Source of the DNA: Octopus sinensis
Lineage: Eukaryota
Length of the DNA stretch: 64,000 nt
Direction: 5' to 3'
Assembly (NCBI RefSeq): GCF_006345805.1
Contig: NC_043005.1
Span: 102,548,001 to 102,612,000, forward strand
Each line of letters begins with the position of its first letter. The first letter of the stretch is position 1. This document shows, one piece after another, positions 23,266-37,713 of this stretch. The notes beneath the pieces were generated by a model, which was not told the DNA's origin, ran no database searches, and saw nothing but the letters and a program-made list of their open reading frames with translations. Position numbers and translations under genes: made by a program.

Positions 23266-26200
23266 GTGTGTTAAGCTAGCTTAGAGACACACACGCACAC
23301 ACGCATACATATAGTTTATGTGATTCCTTGATAAGCATTACTCCTATTAAGCCACCTTTAATCAGAATAAGGAGCAGAAGAATTGATAACTCAGAACAAG
23401 TCGTATTAAAACGGATTCCGAATAATGAAGCAGCCCTCCGCATTATGGCATTCAGCCCCAGCATGGAATTTGATGGTGTGCAATAGAGAATTATGGGATG
23501 ATAAAGGAATACAATCGATCAAGTGCAGGAAAGAAATGAAATTTCATCAAACTGGAGCCTGAATGCAGGTTTTTGTCCCTTCGTTTATTTATCTTGGAAA
23601 AAGAGAGTGTGTCTATAATAATCTCAGAGCCTTTAAGATTAGAGATAATCATGTTATTTTTCATTTATCTTACCGCTAAAACATTTGTGAGGTAACGATT
23701 CTGGGGAAAGCATGTGCACGAAGGGATTTCCATTGACCCGGTGTCCTAATCGTTGAGGTTACCTTGCGACCTGGGGATAGGACACTAATATGAGATGAAG
23801 AAAAACACTGTCTTGAGTGCTTCCAAGAAGATAGCAGGAGGTTAGCCAGTTCTGATAAGCATTAAAAATTATAGCAGATATAAGGGGCATATTAAGAAGA
23901 CGAGCAATATATTTTGATCTGTGTATTTGTGTTACTTAATTTCAATCATCTTAATGGGGACATTTCTCTTTTTTCTTGATGCACTAAAGAAAATCTTTCG
24001 ATGCAGCATCGGTAATTTCCACGACAGAGAAGTAGTACTCATTGCAAGTCTCAACTGGGCTTTGTAGTGAGTTGCTAGCAGCAAGGTACTGAAATAATTT
24101 TTGATCGCATGACAGTGGTTAATGTGTCAGGTAAGAAAAGAAAGTATTTTTAAAATTCTAAGCATGTGATGTCCTCTATGTGGGTGAGATATTGTATTCA
24201 ATGCTCCGTCGAAGGACCTATTTGAGTGCTGCTCATGATGAAAAATGTGAATATTTTCTAAGTACAAAAAATAAATGCGTTCTTTTCATGAAGAAGACAA
24301 GTTTAACCTGATCCCATTGGAAGAAGTTCATTGCGTCTCTTTTTATAGGATCAGTGAAAATTAGATATATAGTGCCAAGGACACATGCTGATGACGCGTG
24401 GATACGTGAACTTGCGAAGCATAGAGGGTAATATTATTTGTGTAGCATTGAGCATTTCTAAAGTTCACGGCAAGTTGGTTTTTCCTGAGACGATGAAGAG
24501 CGATGGCAATTTCGAGACTTGGTTTATACTACATTTGCTGGAATGCTGATGGTATGGAGATTCATCAATATTCGCTGAGATAGTGCGATCCCACAGAAAG
24601 GCGCTTGTCCGTGGCGTCGGTTCGCCCAAAGCCTACTGAATGAATAATTTTGGATAGAAACTGTGTGGAAGCCGGCGAGAGGATCATTTATACTCTTAGA
24701 CAGTAGACAGACAGAACTCGGTGTAACACCGCCGCCTGGCCTTATGCAATTTTAGTAGAGTACATTCTTTTTGTAAGCATTGGAGCGAGATTTCTATTCG
24801 TGGATTCTCTCTTTCCACTAAAACCAGAGGGACTGAGAACAACCAAGAGATTACCAATCCTCCTCTGAATACGTCGTTAAAAAGTTCAATACACTTTGTA
24901 AAATTCTTTACATTTGACTGACACATGTTTTTAGATTTACAACACTCGGTTATCAATCAGTTTGTGGAATCATGTTGCACTAGAGACGTCAGAGCGTTGG
25001 ATAGGGATCTTCGGGAAAATTTCCTCGACTTTCTGTGTTCTGTGATTGAAACTCGAAGTGATAAAATTTTCTTTTTATCCAAGGCAGTGTATTAACTATA
25101 TTCTAAGAATGTTGAAGAAGATGACTTGAGTATTTGCTCTGAGTTCAAATCCCGCATATGGATTATAGACTTAATTCGTTATCCGGTTCAACACCACCAG
25201 CTGAATCCTTTGGAAACTTTAGGGGAGTTCACACTGTTAGAAGCATTCGTACAAGGTTTTCGGTTTGGGGATAGTTTACTCTCTTTCTTAAACCAATCAG
25301 GGAGGTCCTGTAACGGGTCGTGAGTACTGCCTCTCATCCTAACAAAAACATTGTAAAAAATAAAAGAAGTTGTAACGTACAATGGTAGTATTATATATAG
25401 GGTATGATGAGTATGTAAGGGTTGTTGGTTATTAAGAAGACACCAAGAAGGAAGAAGAAAAATCAATAAAAATCGTGGGAAATTCTTACTGCCTCCCTTT
25501 TCTCAATATACAGTATCTGTGCACCACTTCAAATACGCTATACATATCTATTTGGATGTACAAGACATCAGAATAAATGGATCACAATCAAATTCACAAT
25601 CGAGAGATACCAGAAACACGGAAGAACACCTCACAGTAATATGTAGTAAGTTGAATCTACTTGTCTCAAAACTTGACAGAATATTCACCAATAGAGATAA
25701 AATTGTGAATGATATTCATGCATTTGGTACTCTCCTTAATAATCTAGCAACAGGAACCAACCACTGAACCACAGCTATCTAAAAGAAAAACTTACAAGAA
25801 AGAAGCAACAATTGATATACAACAGTAAAATCTTTTGAAACCACAACTCTGGAACAAGCTTCTAAATCAATGTAAACATGCATATTGGAAAAGCATTCGA
25901 TGTAGCAGTATAGCCAACAACTACCAAAATTGGCAGAGCAAAAGAAAATCTAATCCGTCCTCCAATTTTTTTTTATTAAAGAAACAATGCGTGAAACGTT
26001 AGAAGAAACGACGATACATGGAAAGTGAGCTTTATGCCGACTGGAAGCTGAAATATCTCTTCTCCAGTCGCCAAAAGTACGACACGAAGAGAAAGTCAAA
26101 ACAATTGATGCAGTCATCTATGCTGAAATCGCCGAACGAAGTGACAATCGAAGTCATAAAAAATTACAACTTCGGAAAGAAGACACCAAGCGGGAAGAAG

Positions 26201-26909
26201 GAAAATCGATAAAAATGTGGGAAAAACAACATGAGTGATTATAAAGAATTATCTAAAATTCTGACTCTCAGTTTTTTCTTATATATATACATATATATAT
26301 AAAGAGAGAGAGAGAGAGAGAGAGGAGGGAGAGAGAGAGCGAGAAAGAGGGAGACAAAGAGATGTAGAAACTTAAATAATATCAGTCACTTGTGTTTTAA
26401 ACCCTGTGAGCCAGAGTTTAGAATGCAGTTGAGAGCTCAACAACGGAGAGATTGTCCTGTGTTGTGGGATGTGGTTATGTAAAGGACAGGAAGTATAGGT
26501 TATGTTGCGCATGTGTACTGTGCTCCACCGATCTTTACATTTACAATCTTTATAGAAAACAGAGAAGCCGTATTGCTAAAACATATTTGGTAAAAACAAC
26601 GACGAATGAAAGCCAAGGAGGAACATGTATGCGGTTGCGCAACGTGTTAGAAATAGAACCAAGTTCTCCCTTAAAGCTTATAGCATTACTTTAGAAAAAA
26701 TAGACAATATATTGGTTTTTACTATCGTTCAAAATTTACTATGACCGAGCAAACATATATTGGTCACGGCTGGAAAGCCTTTCTTTATAAGCCTGCTCGA
26801 TTTGTGGGTGTTGGAGGTTAAGTAATATCAAGAGCAAAAAACAAAATCTTAATAATGATAATTTCATTGTTTGGCATGTTTTCCATAAAATATCGTTTAC
26901 TAATTTCAG

Positions 26910-26963
26910 ATTGTTTGACAACAATAACAATGATAATAGATTTGCATTAATTATCCCCTTGTG
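26910..26963 (+). CDS. Candidate 54-nt internal exon (phase 2-2) of an unidentified gene
   Basis: Branch-point-like TACTAAT plus TTCAG acceptor and GTG|GTATGT donor. Only one frame is open: LFDNNNNDNRFALIIPL(W). Confidence 0.35.
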
Positions 26964-27225
26964 GTATGTCGAGAAAGAGCAGTGCCTCTGTGGAATTAAA
27001 CTGATGGATACTTTAAGGGAATCTGATTAACCATTTCTATATATAACAATCTAAATTAGACATATGCTATATCATACAACTGTCTAATATAATAATTTCC
27101 TCATTCATTTTGTTGAAAGAGTTTCAATGAACAAACGAACCAGAATTGTCAGAGGATTTAACATATAAAGAAACATCACTGTGTGTGATTAACAGACGGA
27201 GCGTCCACACAGTCAGCCTGAAGTT

Positions 27226-27284
<59 letters not shown>

Positions 27285-27287
27285 ATA

Positions 27288-27333
<46 letters not shown>

Positions 27334-27982
27334 GTATATATATATGATATATATATGTATGTATATATATATATATATATATAATATATAATATATAATA
27401 TATATATATAATATATATATATATATGTATATATATATGTATGTATGTATGTATCATCATTATATGTTACAGCATAGCTTATATAAATATATTTGTATAC
27501 ATAAGCACATGCATGGACACACACAAGACACACACACTCATATACATTCTGCTATATTAAATTCACATATGCCTGCGTATGACAGTGCTCGCACGCGTGT
27601 GAGGCCGGTGTAACTTAAATCTAGGTTATTATTTTATTGTAATTTTAAGAATGATTGAGCATTTCTTGATGAGGTGCCTCAATATTGAGAGTACAATTAA
27701 ATTTATTGTAACTTTCAAGAAGTAGGGGCGCATAATCAATGTAAATATGTACGTATAGAGAGGAGACAGGTTGCTTAGTGGCTATTGTGTTGCACTAATT
27801 ATTGTAAAATTGTAGACTCGATTCCTACACCGGGTGATAAGTTCTGTTTTTTAAATAGAACATTTCTATGTATATCTGTATAAGCATATTGATATATATG
27901 TTCTTTTAGTCAATTATTTCTGTCAGTCATTAGACTGCAGCCATGCTGAAGAATAGATTTAAAATGTTATAATCAAAGAAAC

Positions 27983-28048
<66 letters not shown>

Positions 28049-28065
28049 ATATATGTATATATATA

Positions 28066-28131
<66 letters not shown>

Positions 28132-28138
28132 TGTATAT

Positions 28139-28324
28139 GTCACCGTGATCACCTTGACGGACGAGGCTATCAGATGTTGCTACACATCGCTGCTCACAAT
28201 GTGCTTCGCATTGTTTTAGCCTTCAAGCGACGCCACCCCGCTGGCTAAGCGGGAAGGCCAACAGAAGAAAGTAAGAGAAAGTTGTGGCGAAAGAGTACAG
28301 CAGGGATCGCCGGAGCCTCGTGGA
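28139..28324 (-). mobile_element. Interspersed repeat (SINE/LINE 3'-tail-like), inverted relative to 50706-50829
   Basis: About 120 bp is the reverse complement of 50706-50829. Confidence 0.7.
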
Positions 28325-29424
28325 TAAACCATTTGAAATTCTACACACGAAATTACAAACGTTAGAGGAATGCCACACTCTTTAATATGCGAGGAAGACT
28401 GGAATGCGTGGCGCTATATTAAAGTGCAGTCAATTGGCAAGATCTATGTCAAAGCCTTGCTAACAAGCCGAAATTCTTACAAGAGGTTGAAATATGCTGA
28501 TTACATGGTCCAGATACTCAAGCTTGGAAATGTTGTGTTGACATTGCATCACTCAGAACGTATTATATCCTAATATTTTTGTTGTTTAACTCAGCGTGTA
28601 GAATAAAAAAAAGACATCGGTTGTCTATAATTTCAAGTGCAGAATGATGAGTTGAAATATTTTGTAAATTGCATGTTGCAGCTAGAAAGATTCCGAAGAG
28701 AAGATATCCAAGAAGTGAATTTTCTGATAAAATAAAGTCAACGTTTCAATCATGCAAAGCCTGCAGGAACTTGATTAGCAAATAATTTAAACATCGTTTG
28801 GCGGGAGGGACAAATTATAAAACTAAAAATAGAGAATTGGAGTAAATAGTGATCTGCGTAGCAAATTAGAAGAAACGTTTAAGTAGAGAATCTGAACCGA
28901 CATTCTATCGTTTAATGGCCCCGATATTGCCACTGTTTAGAGGTAAGGTGTATACGTAAAGCTTCAGGGAGAAAAAGCTGTTCCACGAGTGTAATTAGTA
29001 CGACATGGCAACACATTTTCAAATCGTTTCTTGACGAACTTTGATGGCCGCATGCTTTTCGATTCCAGATAGATTTGTTCTGCTATCCTATAGTAATTTG
29101 CTTAGATACTTAGTACAGTATGTGAGGTATAAACACTATTGAGCTTTCATGCTTACTTAGACGACGTACAATAACTAATCATGATTGCAATAAATGCTCC
29201 GAAAATCGATATCAACGTCAAAGAAATGAGTGCTGTATGTAGTTATTTTGATAGTGCATGCTCTGTCTTGGTTAGCCTAAACTACGAGCTTTACGCATGC
29301 ATGCATGATTTGGTTGGTTCTTGCTGCAACAAGAATCGAAAGGGATAATTATGAGCCAAGATCAATATCTGTGTATGTAAGCTATAAGGGGTACGTCCTA
29401 CATAGTTGTTATCTGACGAGTTCA

Positions 29425-29555
29425 CTGGCTTTTCAACACTTTTAATGTTGAGTTTGGTCTCCTTCAGAGCTTTTCTAAATCCACGGGTTAGTTCTCCTTG
29501 GGCTGTGGCCTCTACAAACATCACTCCTTGATATTTGTCCGTTTTATACCACATG
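29425..29555 (-). mobile_element. Probable fragment of a second PLE lineage (region upstream of GIY-YIG)
   Basis: WYKTDKYQGVMFVEATAQGELTRGFRKALKETKLNIKSVEKP resembles the WY..G..Y..V.FVP.TP.GEL....VVE motif recalled from PLEs; not database-checked. Confidence 0.45.
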
Positions 29556-30370
29556 AGTAATTTCCTCAATGAGAACAAAAAAGGAGAAACCGAAAAATAG
29601 GAGGAAGATTTTTGGTGACTTAGTAGCATTAAAATTCTCACTGCTAGAAGACGGAAATTACGGCAATTTTGTTTTTCCTTATCTGTAAGTCTGAGACAAG
29701 TATGGAACTAGACAATTTATATATTTTCAATATATATATATTTTTTTATTACATATGGAAACATACATCAAAATATTGGAAAATTCTGATACAATAGCTG
29801 ATATATTTGTTTGGAATAAGTGACGGTTGCTGAACAGAAAAAAAGAAGATTGAAATCACAAGTACATGTTTAGAGTATACACATTTTTATCGTTTTACTA
29901 CTCTGAAATTTATTTCTAGCTATTCAAGTATTCACCGCAGACATATTGATCAACTTATATACGTTAACTACAAGAATACATGTATAGCGACATACATAGA
30001 TTCATGTGCACACAGGCATGTGCGTAAACACACATACATGTATATCTATGAATATATGAACGTGCTGAAACCTACACACACAAGAGTATATGCTTTCAAA
30101 TGTATTACAAAACATACGTCAATGAATGAAAAAATGATACTAGTGTAAAGAATTTTTAATCCACCGATTCTCTTTCAGTAAATGTAAAATTTCATTTTAT
30201 TTCTTTAAATTATAAACCTACACCATCATTCAAAATGTTCCATTGAATACGCACCTATCTGAAAGAAGTGAGTACCGTTGTATACATATTGACATTGTAT
30301 AGATCTATATATATACATATGTATACTGATGCATAGAAAGAAACCTATAATATATATATATATATTATAT

Positions 30371-30422
<52 letters not shown>

Positions 30423-30535
30423 TATATACATAAGTATATTGATGCATAGAAAGATACCTATAATATATATATATATACATATATATATATAAATATAAAT
30501 ACATACGCGCACACACACACACATACACACACACG

Positions 30536-30616
<81 letters not shown>

Positions 30617-31170
30617 ATATATATATACATATTTGAATACATAGAGAGACTAATATATACATACAGACAGACTGTATGTAAATACCATTCGGGCTTGATT
30701 CTTTTGCAGATAAGCGAAATATAAATGTAAATAATGATTAAAAAGAAAACATAAACAACAGCAAGTGAAATCGAAAACCTGTGCTAACAATAAGAGGCAG
30801 AAGTAAATAGACATTGCAGCGGCACTTTTCTTTAACATTTTTACATTTCCTTACTCTTATGAAGAAGTATTCATTAATGATTGATGTTTATGGTGTAGGA
30901 TTGTATTCTTAAATGTAAATATGTATGTAATATATCTGCACATAGGAACGTGTATATATATGTATATATATATATATATATATAGATGCATAAGTATTGC
31001 TATGCATCTGTGAGTATGTGTGTGTGTTTGTGTGTGTACAGCCGCACAATATTTTCGTCAATACACTCATATATACCTATCAGTTTGTGTTTAGATTTAA
31101 TTGTTTATTCACGTCTGAACAGTTTGCGAATGCTTTAGTGTGATGTTACAGCTGCACAAGGAACAATTCT

Positions 31171-31501
31171 TTTCTTCTTCTTCTTCTTCTTCGTCTTCTC
31201 TCTTCTTCTGTCTTCTTTCTTCTTCTTCTCTCTTTCTTCTTCTTCTTCTTCTTCTTCTCTTCTTCTTCTTCTTCTTCTTTCTTCTTCTTCTTCTTCTTCT
31301 TCTCTTCTTCTTCTTCTTCTTCCTCGTCTTTCTTCTTCTCTTCTTCTTCTCTTTTTACTTTTTCTCTTACTTTATGGTTCTTCTTCTTCTGTCTTCTTCT
31401 CTTTCTTCTCTTCTTCTTGCGTTTTTTATCTTCTTCTTCTTCTTCTTCTTATTATTATTATTATATTATTATTATTATTATTATTATCATTATTATTCAT
31501 T

Positions 31502-31533
<32 letters not shown>

Positions 31534-31625
31534 TATTATTATTATTATTATTATCATCATCATCATCATCATTATCATTATTATTATTATTATTACCATT
31601 ATTATTATTATTATTATTAGTAGTA

Positions 31626-31677
<52 letters not shown>
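31171..31677. repeat. Compound trinucleotide tract (TTC)n-(TTA)n-(TCA)n-(TTA)n-(TAG)n
   Basis: Direct inspection. Confidence 0.95.
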
Positions 31678-32391
31678 TGTGTTGTTGAAGTAGTAGGAAT
31701 ACTAGTAGTGTGTTTGAGGTGTTTTTAAAATGTTTATTTTTTTTTGTAATCTTGTGATTAAAAAAAAAACATTTTCTTTTATTGTTTCCTCGCCGATTTT
31801 TAACTTTATAACTTTATAACAATAAACTTGGAGCGGTGACGACGTCTTGATAGCACTGGAATATCTTGGCGTCATTAAAAGTAAAATTGGGGGCTTTATA
31901 ACTGGTTTTTACTAATAGTTACATTATTAGCAACAATACTTAACGTCCATAATTATAATGAAATAGTCTTCCCGAATATTTTCTATTCATTAAAAAATTT
32001 ATCAGAGCACTTAGACACCTTTCTCTATATCTCTCTGCCTTTCTATCAAATACTAAACCACCTTGAAGCAGAGATATTCAGAATGGAAATTCATATGCAT
32101 AATTATTATGTTTGTTTCCATTCCATACATTTTGTAATTTATAACTATATACGATATCGAATTACTTACTACATAGAAAAATACAATGGCAACGCAGATG
32201 CTTGCCGACATTCTCACACATATGCACGCAAATACACAGACACAGATTTATAAATATATGCAATATGCCCTGTACAGAACTCAGAGGATCATAGTTCAAA
32301 GCAGAAGTCGAGATAAAGTTACGTATATATTGTATATCCGTCCGCTTCTTTTAGTGTTGGCATTCCTATACCTCATCAAACTATACATTAT

Positions 32392-32429
<38 letters not shown>

Positions 32430-32499
32430 GATTCTCTCTCTCTCACACACACAAACATACACACATGCACATATGTGCCCGTGTATTTAGTGTGATGTA

Positions 32500-32533
<34 letters not shown>

Positions 32534-32536
<3 letters not shown>

Positions 32537-32744
32537 CGGGAAGCATTATGAAAATAAACAAAAGACGAAGGCAGGTGGAGTACAAACAAACACTTGTATT
32601 AGTATGGCGCTCAGGAATATAAATAAAACAAGTCTTTTACGTTTCGAGCCTACGCTCTTCAACAGAAAGATACACAGAAAAGAAACACAGAGAGAAACAA
32701 GGAGAGAAAAAAATGCATGCAGAGGCTAGCGAATAAACATGGCG
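32534..32744 (-). mobile_element. Family 1 PLE-terminal-like element with hammerhead-like motif at 32633-32670
   Basis: Minus strand reads TCTTT-CTGTTGA-A-GAGC-GTAG-GCTC-GAAACGT-A-AAAGA (5-bp stem I). Homologous to 6604-6814. Confidence 0.75.
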
Positions 32745-32785
32745 ATATATATATATGTATATGTATGTGTGTGTGTGTGTGTGTC

Positions 32786-32897
32786 GCAACTCATTTATAC
32801 AGTTGAGTGAACTGGAGCAACGTGAAATGAAGTGTGTACCCCCAGCATATAACACACGGGTCCGCTGCTCTAACCACTACGCCATTTGTCTTCACGT
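32786..32897 (-). mobile_element. Fragment of a further tRNA-derived SINE
   Basis: GAGTGAACTGGAGCAACGTGAAATGAAGTGT..CTAACCACTACGCC resembles a SINE body and tRNA head in reverse; recognised from memory only. Confidence 0.4.
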
Positions 32898-34166
32898 AGT
32901 AGTAGTGGCCGGGGTAGTTACGGTGGTATTATGTTATTTCTGGTGGTGTTTTTGCTTGTTGTTGGTGGAGCTTCTGTTGATGTTATTCCTTGTCTTGACA
33001 ACCGAGGTTGCAACTGCATCGTTGGTGGTGCTGTTAATAAATGTATTAATATTGGTGACCTTATTGAAGCTGTTGTTTTTTGTTGTTGGTGCCAATAGAG
33101 GTGGTAGTTGTGCTGTTAATATAATAGTAGTTGTTGTAGTAGTTGTTTTATACTTGGTGGTTTTAGTGGTGTGGTGAGGCGTGGTAATATTGCTCTTGTC
33201 GTTGTTGCTGGTGGTTGCTGTGTTGCTGTTAGTAGGCGTAGTGACGCTGGTGATTATTGGTGATGATGTTTTTTTTTGTTGTTGGTATTTGTGGTAGCGG
33301 TGTTGGTGTTCTTGGAAAAAGGTTTGTCGTGTGAATTACTCTTTATATGTTTTCTCCATTCCGCTGCAATCTTCATTATTTTAGCACAAAGGAAAACAGA
33401 CTGCTGAAAGAATCTTTTAAAATATTCATTCATACACTATTTTCTATGTTACATTTTTGTATCACTTTTGCTTTCACTTCAAGGATTTATTTTCATTTGC
33501 TATTGACAAATATACAATGTAATATGCATTAATTTACGTTCTTTTTTTTTTATCCACATCTTACATGCAAAATAAAAGCCATATCTGAAAATTTCTTCTA
33601 AAGTCTTTTTGGCATTGCTTCGATAAAATATATTGTTTTCCCGTTGAAATGGGTCTAAAATTTTAATGAAGCTTACATCTTGTAAATAAAATAAAAAAGA
33701 AATAAATAATACATCCAACGCATCTCAGAAAAGTGAAAGATAGTGAAATACATAAAAAAAATGGTGCAGAAAGCAATAATAGTGAGAATATTACGAGAAG
33801 AATAAGAAACGAGAAGTGGAAGAGAGAAGAGAGGAATGAAAAGGAGTGATGAATAGACAGAAGGGGGGGGGGAAGGAGAGGAAAGTTAGAAGAAGAAAAG
33901 GAATTAAGCATCAAATTTAGAATATAATTCTTCATCTTTTTGTAAAGAAATGTTTCACAACTTGTTATATACGAGTGAGGTGTGTAGGCATAAAGCACAT
34001 ATATGCGTCAAATACATGCACGCACAAACATCTGAAACTATATGTGTGTATGTGTGTGTGTGTGTGTGTGTGTATCGTGTGTGTGTGTGTGTGTGTGTGT
34101 GTGAGTGTGTTTGTCTGTCTAACTGCCTGTACATATATATATATATTATTATAGTATATATATAAC

Positions 34167-34197
<31 letters not shown>

Positions 34198-34202
34198 TAT
34201 AC

Positions 34203-34233
<31 letters not shown>

Positions 34234-36019
34234 GAATTATATATTAATGTATACAAAGTAAGGCTTAATGGCGTATATACTCACATAATCTCATAATTGC
34301 ATACATACGCATTTCAAAACTGACAAGACATACAGCTTTTACGGCTCTAACCGTCAAGTTTCAAAAATACCTTCAATAATTTTATACACACGAAATCTTC
34401 AATCTTTCATTTTCTTTGCTTTCCTTCCTGCTTTTTCGGAATCAAGCTTTCCTGCTGCCTCCGTATCGGACTCATATTTATCTTCGTCTCGTTCTCTCTT
34501 TCTTTCTTACCCTCCGTGAATCTTTATTCGGTTCCCAATACTCCATCTTTATTTCTAGACATTGTGTATCTATTTATAGAAAGATGCTACTCTATCATTC
34601 TGCCTCTCTCTCTCTCTCTCTCTCATCACCCCCTCATACACCATAGAGATACACACATATTGTAGCTGTGAAAAGCAACGTGCTCATTCTTAGCAGCTGC
34701 CGGCACTTCAACAGTTTTTCTAGCATCTCAAAATTATAGTGACCGTTGTAAGCATCGACATAACTTCTCAACAATTCAAGCAATTTTTCATTTAAATATT
34801 TCGATTGCTATCTAAAAGTAGGAAAGAAACCAACCGAAGTGGCTCTCACTTTACTGAATCCCAACAATATTTTGCCTACGAATAAGTGTTAAAAGTAACT
34901 TTATTTTGGGGCAAAACAAAATCTAGAACCATAAGCGTCATTGAGCTTCTCGTTATATTTAGAATTTTTAATATGTAAAATGCAATGATGTATGCGCATT
35001 TTCCAATCCATTCGTTCTCTCTTACGCTTGAAGGAGAAAACTGTGCCTCTGGTGTAGAAAAGGGTGAAAATGTTTTAAAAAGAAGCGAATTTCATAAATT
35101 CGTAGAGCGGAAAGTGGCCGTTTACGATGGAAACCGTTAGCAGACACCCAGCAATGAGCTGAGCAATAAAATATGAGGTTTATAATAACTGGAATAATGA
35201 TACAGAACTAATTAGTGCGAGTAACAGAAGAGGAAAGAAGGAAAATGGCAGTGCAACTGGTGGTGGTTGGGCACCACCAGTTGCATTACAGTGATGCATT
35301 CTAGGGAATAACAGGTGAATAGAGGTTGAGCAAAGGATTCACGCCACAAAGAGTTACATACATGAAGACATAGTGAGAGATTATTAAAAACATTGATAAA
35401 AAGATAGGACAGAAGGATATTAGGGAACACAAAAAAGGGTGACGTTAAAAAATGAAGAGAAGTCATGAGAGCAGATTTTGATTGATAGCAAAAACAAAGT
35501 GTCTGCGAGAGTGAGAGAGAGAGAGAGAGAGAGTAGACGAGAGATAGGGAAAGAATGAGACAGATTAATCAATGGTTATCTTAAAAAAGAGGGAAGTTTT
35601 GATCAAGTAGAAACAAAGGTAGGGGACACTTGCCAAGTTTACAGCGCTCATCTAGTTGTAATACAAACATCTGAAATACCGGACGGACCCACGTAGCGGC
35701 AGGAGCCACAAAGAAGAGCAACAATGTCCAACTCACTACTTCACCAGAAGAAATACTGTAAAACTCCCGGATGCAGTAAAGGCGGTGCTCCAGCGTGGCC
35801 TCGGCCTCTGGCTGAAATACATAGGAGAAAATGTAGTAAAATGACATTCCAGCTTTATCTGAATATGCAAACATTCGATGAATAGTAAAGTAGTAATGAC
35901 ATAGATTAATATATATTATTCTTTACTTATAAAAACACCCGTGCCAACCAATACCTTGTGACTAGATTTGGTAAACGAAAACCGAAATAGGCCCGCTATA
36001 TATGTATGTATAATGTATC

Positions 36020-36074
<55 letters not shown>

Positions 36075-36312
36075 TATATATCGACATCGTAGTGTTTATA
36101 TTAAGTGTATTTTTTAATAATTGTTGTTATATATTTACATATTACATTAAATATCTTATGTATTGGCTTAAAGTTTTTCATTGTATGATTTGCCTAATAG
36201 TGGTTTTTCATCTCTAATTTAATATAATATAATATTTAACTAATAAAATTGGATTCAATCCTAAATCTGAATTTTTCCCTGTAAGTTTGGATTTATTCCC
36301 TAATATTTATAT

Positions 36313-36358
<46 letters not shown>

Positions 36359-36630
36359 AAATACAACTGGGACAAGAACGCGAAACATTAGAAGACGATA
36401 CAAAAACACGGACGGGATATCCGAAGCCTTCTATCTTCAGTCAAGAACCGGATCATCCTCGCAATTTCGATGATTACTCTTGAGATTACTCCAATCTGGC
36501 CAGCCCCAAGGAAATACTAAGCTAAGCGCATTAGATTCCTTGGAAGAAAGCTTCGAATGTATACAAAACAAGGACGGAAAAACGGACGATGTTACACGAA
36601 TATAAATACAAAAATAATACGTAAAAACAA

Positions 36631-36670
<40 letters not shown>

Positions 36671-36976
36671 TAATAATAATAATGATAACAATAATAATAA
36701 CCACAACAACAACAACAACAATAGTAGGACGTCGAAAACAGGCGTGTTTCGACTTAGACGAATTAAATTCAGCTGGCGTGTTAGGAATGTGCCTTGGGTA
36801 GAGAAAAAAAGGTTGATGTTACCACGACTGCTGACAGACCCAAAAGGCCAGTAGTCGGTCAGTCAGTTACGTGTGAAGAGAAGAGAGGGGAAAAGAGGGC
36901 CATAGGAATTAAGGAGGGGGAGAAGAGAGATAAAAAGAGAAACAAGGAATTAAGGAGGAATATATATATATATATA

Positions 36977-37246
36977 TTCTCTTTTACTTGTTTCAGTCAT
37001 ATGACTGTGGCCATGCTGTAGCACCGCCTTTAATCGAACACATCGACCCCAGCACTTATTCTTTGTAAGCCTAGTACTTGTTCTATCGGTCTGTTTTGCC
37101 GAACCGCTAATTTACGGGGACGTAAACATACCACCATCTGTTGACAAACGATGTTGGGGGGACAAACACAGACACACAAACATATACATACACACACAAC
37201 CGACACCACACACCACACACACAACACATAATATATATATATATAT

Positions 37247-37283
<37 letters not shown>

Positions 37284-37444
37284 TACGACGTTTTTCTTTC
37301 AGTTCCGTCTTGCAAATCCACTCACAAGGCTTTGGTTGGCCTGAGGCTACAGTAGAAGACACTTTCCCAAGGTGCCACGCAGTGGAAATGAACACGGTAC
37401 GATGTGGTTGATAAACAAGTTACTTACCACACAGCCACTCCTGC
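36977..37444 (-). mobile_element. SINE family A, full length
   Basis: Reverse complement of the full copies, ending ACCACACAGCCACTCCTGC. Confidence 0.9.
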
Positions 37445-37470
37445 TTATATCTTCAAAATAGGAAACTTGT

Positions 37471-37713
37471 TATCAAGTAGTAATGCAGTACGACCGTTTC
37501 AGGCGGAACATAATGGGGTCATAGCGTTGTAAAGGGTGTAATTCATTTGTAATTTATCTCCTTATCATCTATTATATCTGAGACTAGAGGCAGGGTAGGG
37601 GTAGACTTTAAATCAGGATGTTAATTCCCAATTACAGGGGCAAGACACTAATAATTGCATTGTTCAGTCGAATGGAGCTGCTTCAAACGGTCGTACTGCA
37701 TTACTACTTGATA
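37471..37713. mobile_element. Tc1/mariner-type MITE with perfect 29-bp terminal inverted repeats (including TA)
   Basis: TATCAAGTAGTAATGCAGTACGACCGTTT (37471-37499) and its exact reverse complement (37685-37713). Confidence 0.85.

Noticed and set aside
24007-24130. Exon candidate with strong CAG|GTAAGA donor
   Set aside because: Stops in all three frames from the nearest acceptor.
23300-26260. Coding-like, microsatellite-poor 3-kb stretch, possibly a decayed LINE
   Set aside because: No diagnostic endonuclease or reverse transcriptase motif could be read in any frame, so it is left unannotated.
31140-31628. 162-aa hydrophobic ORF resembling a membrane protein
   Set aside because: Entirely trinucleotide microsatellite.
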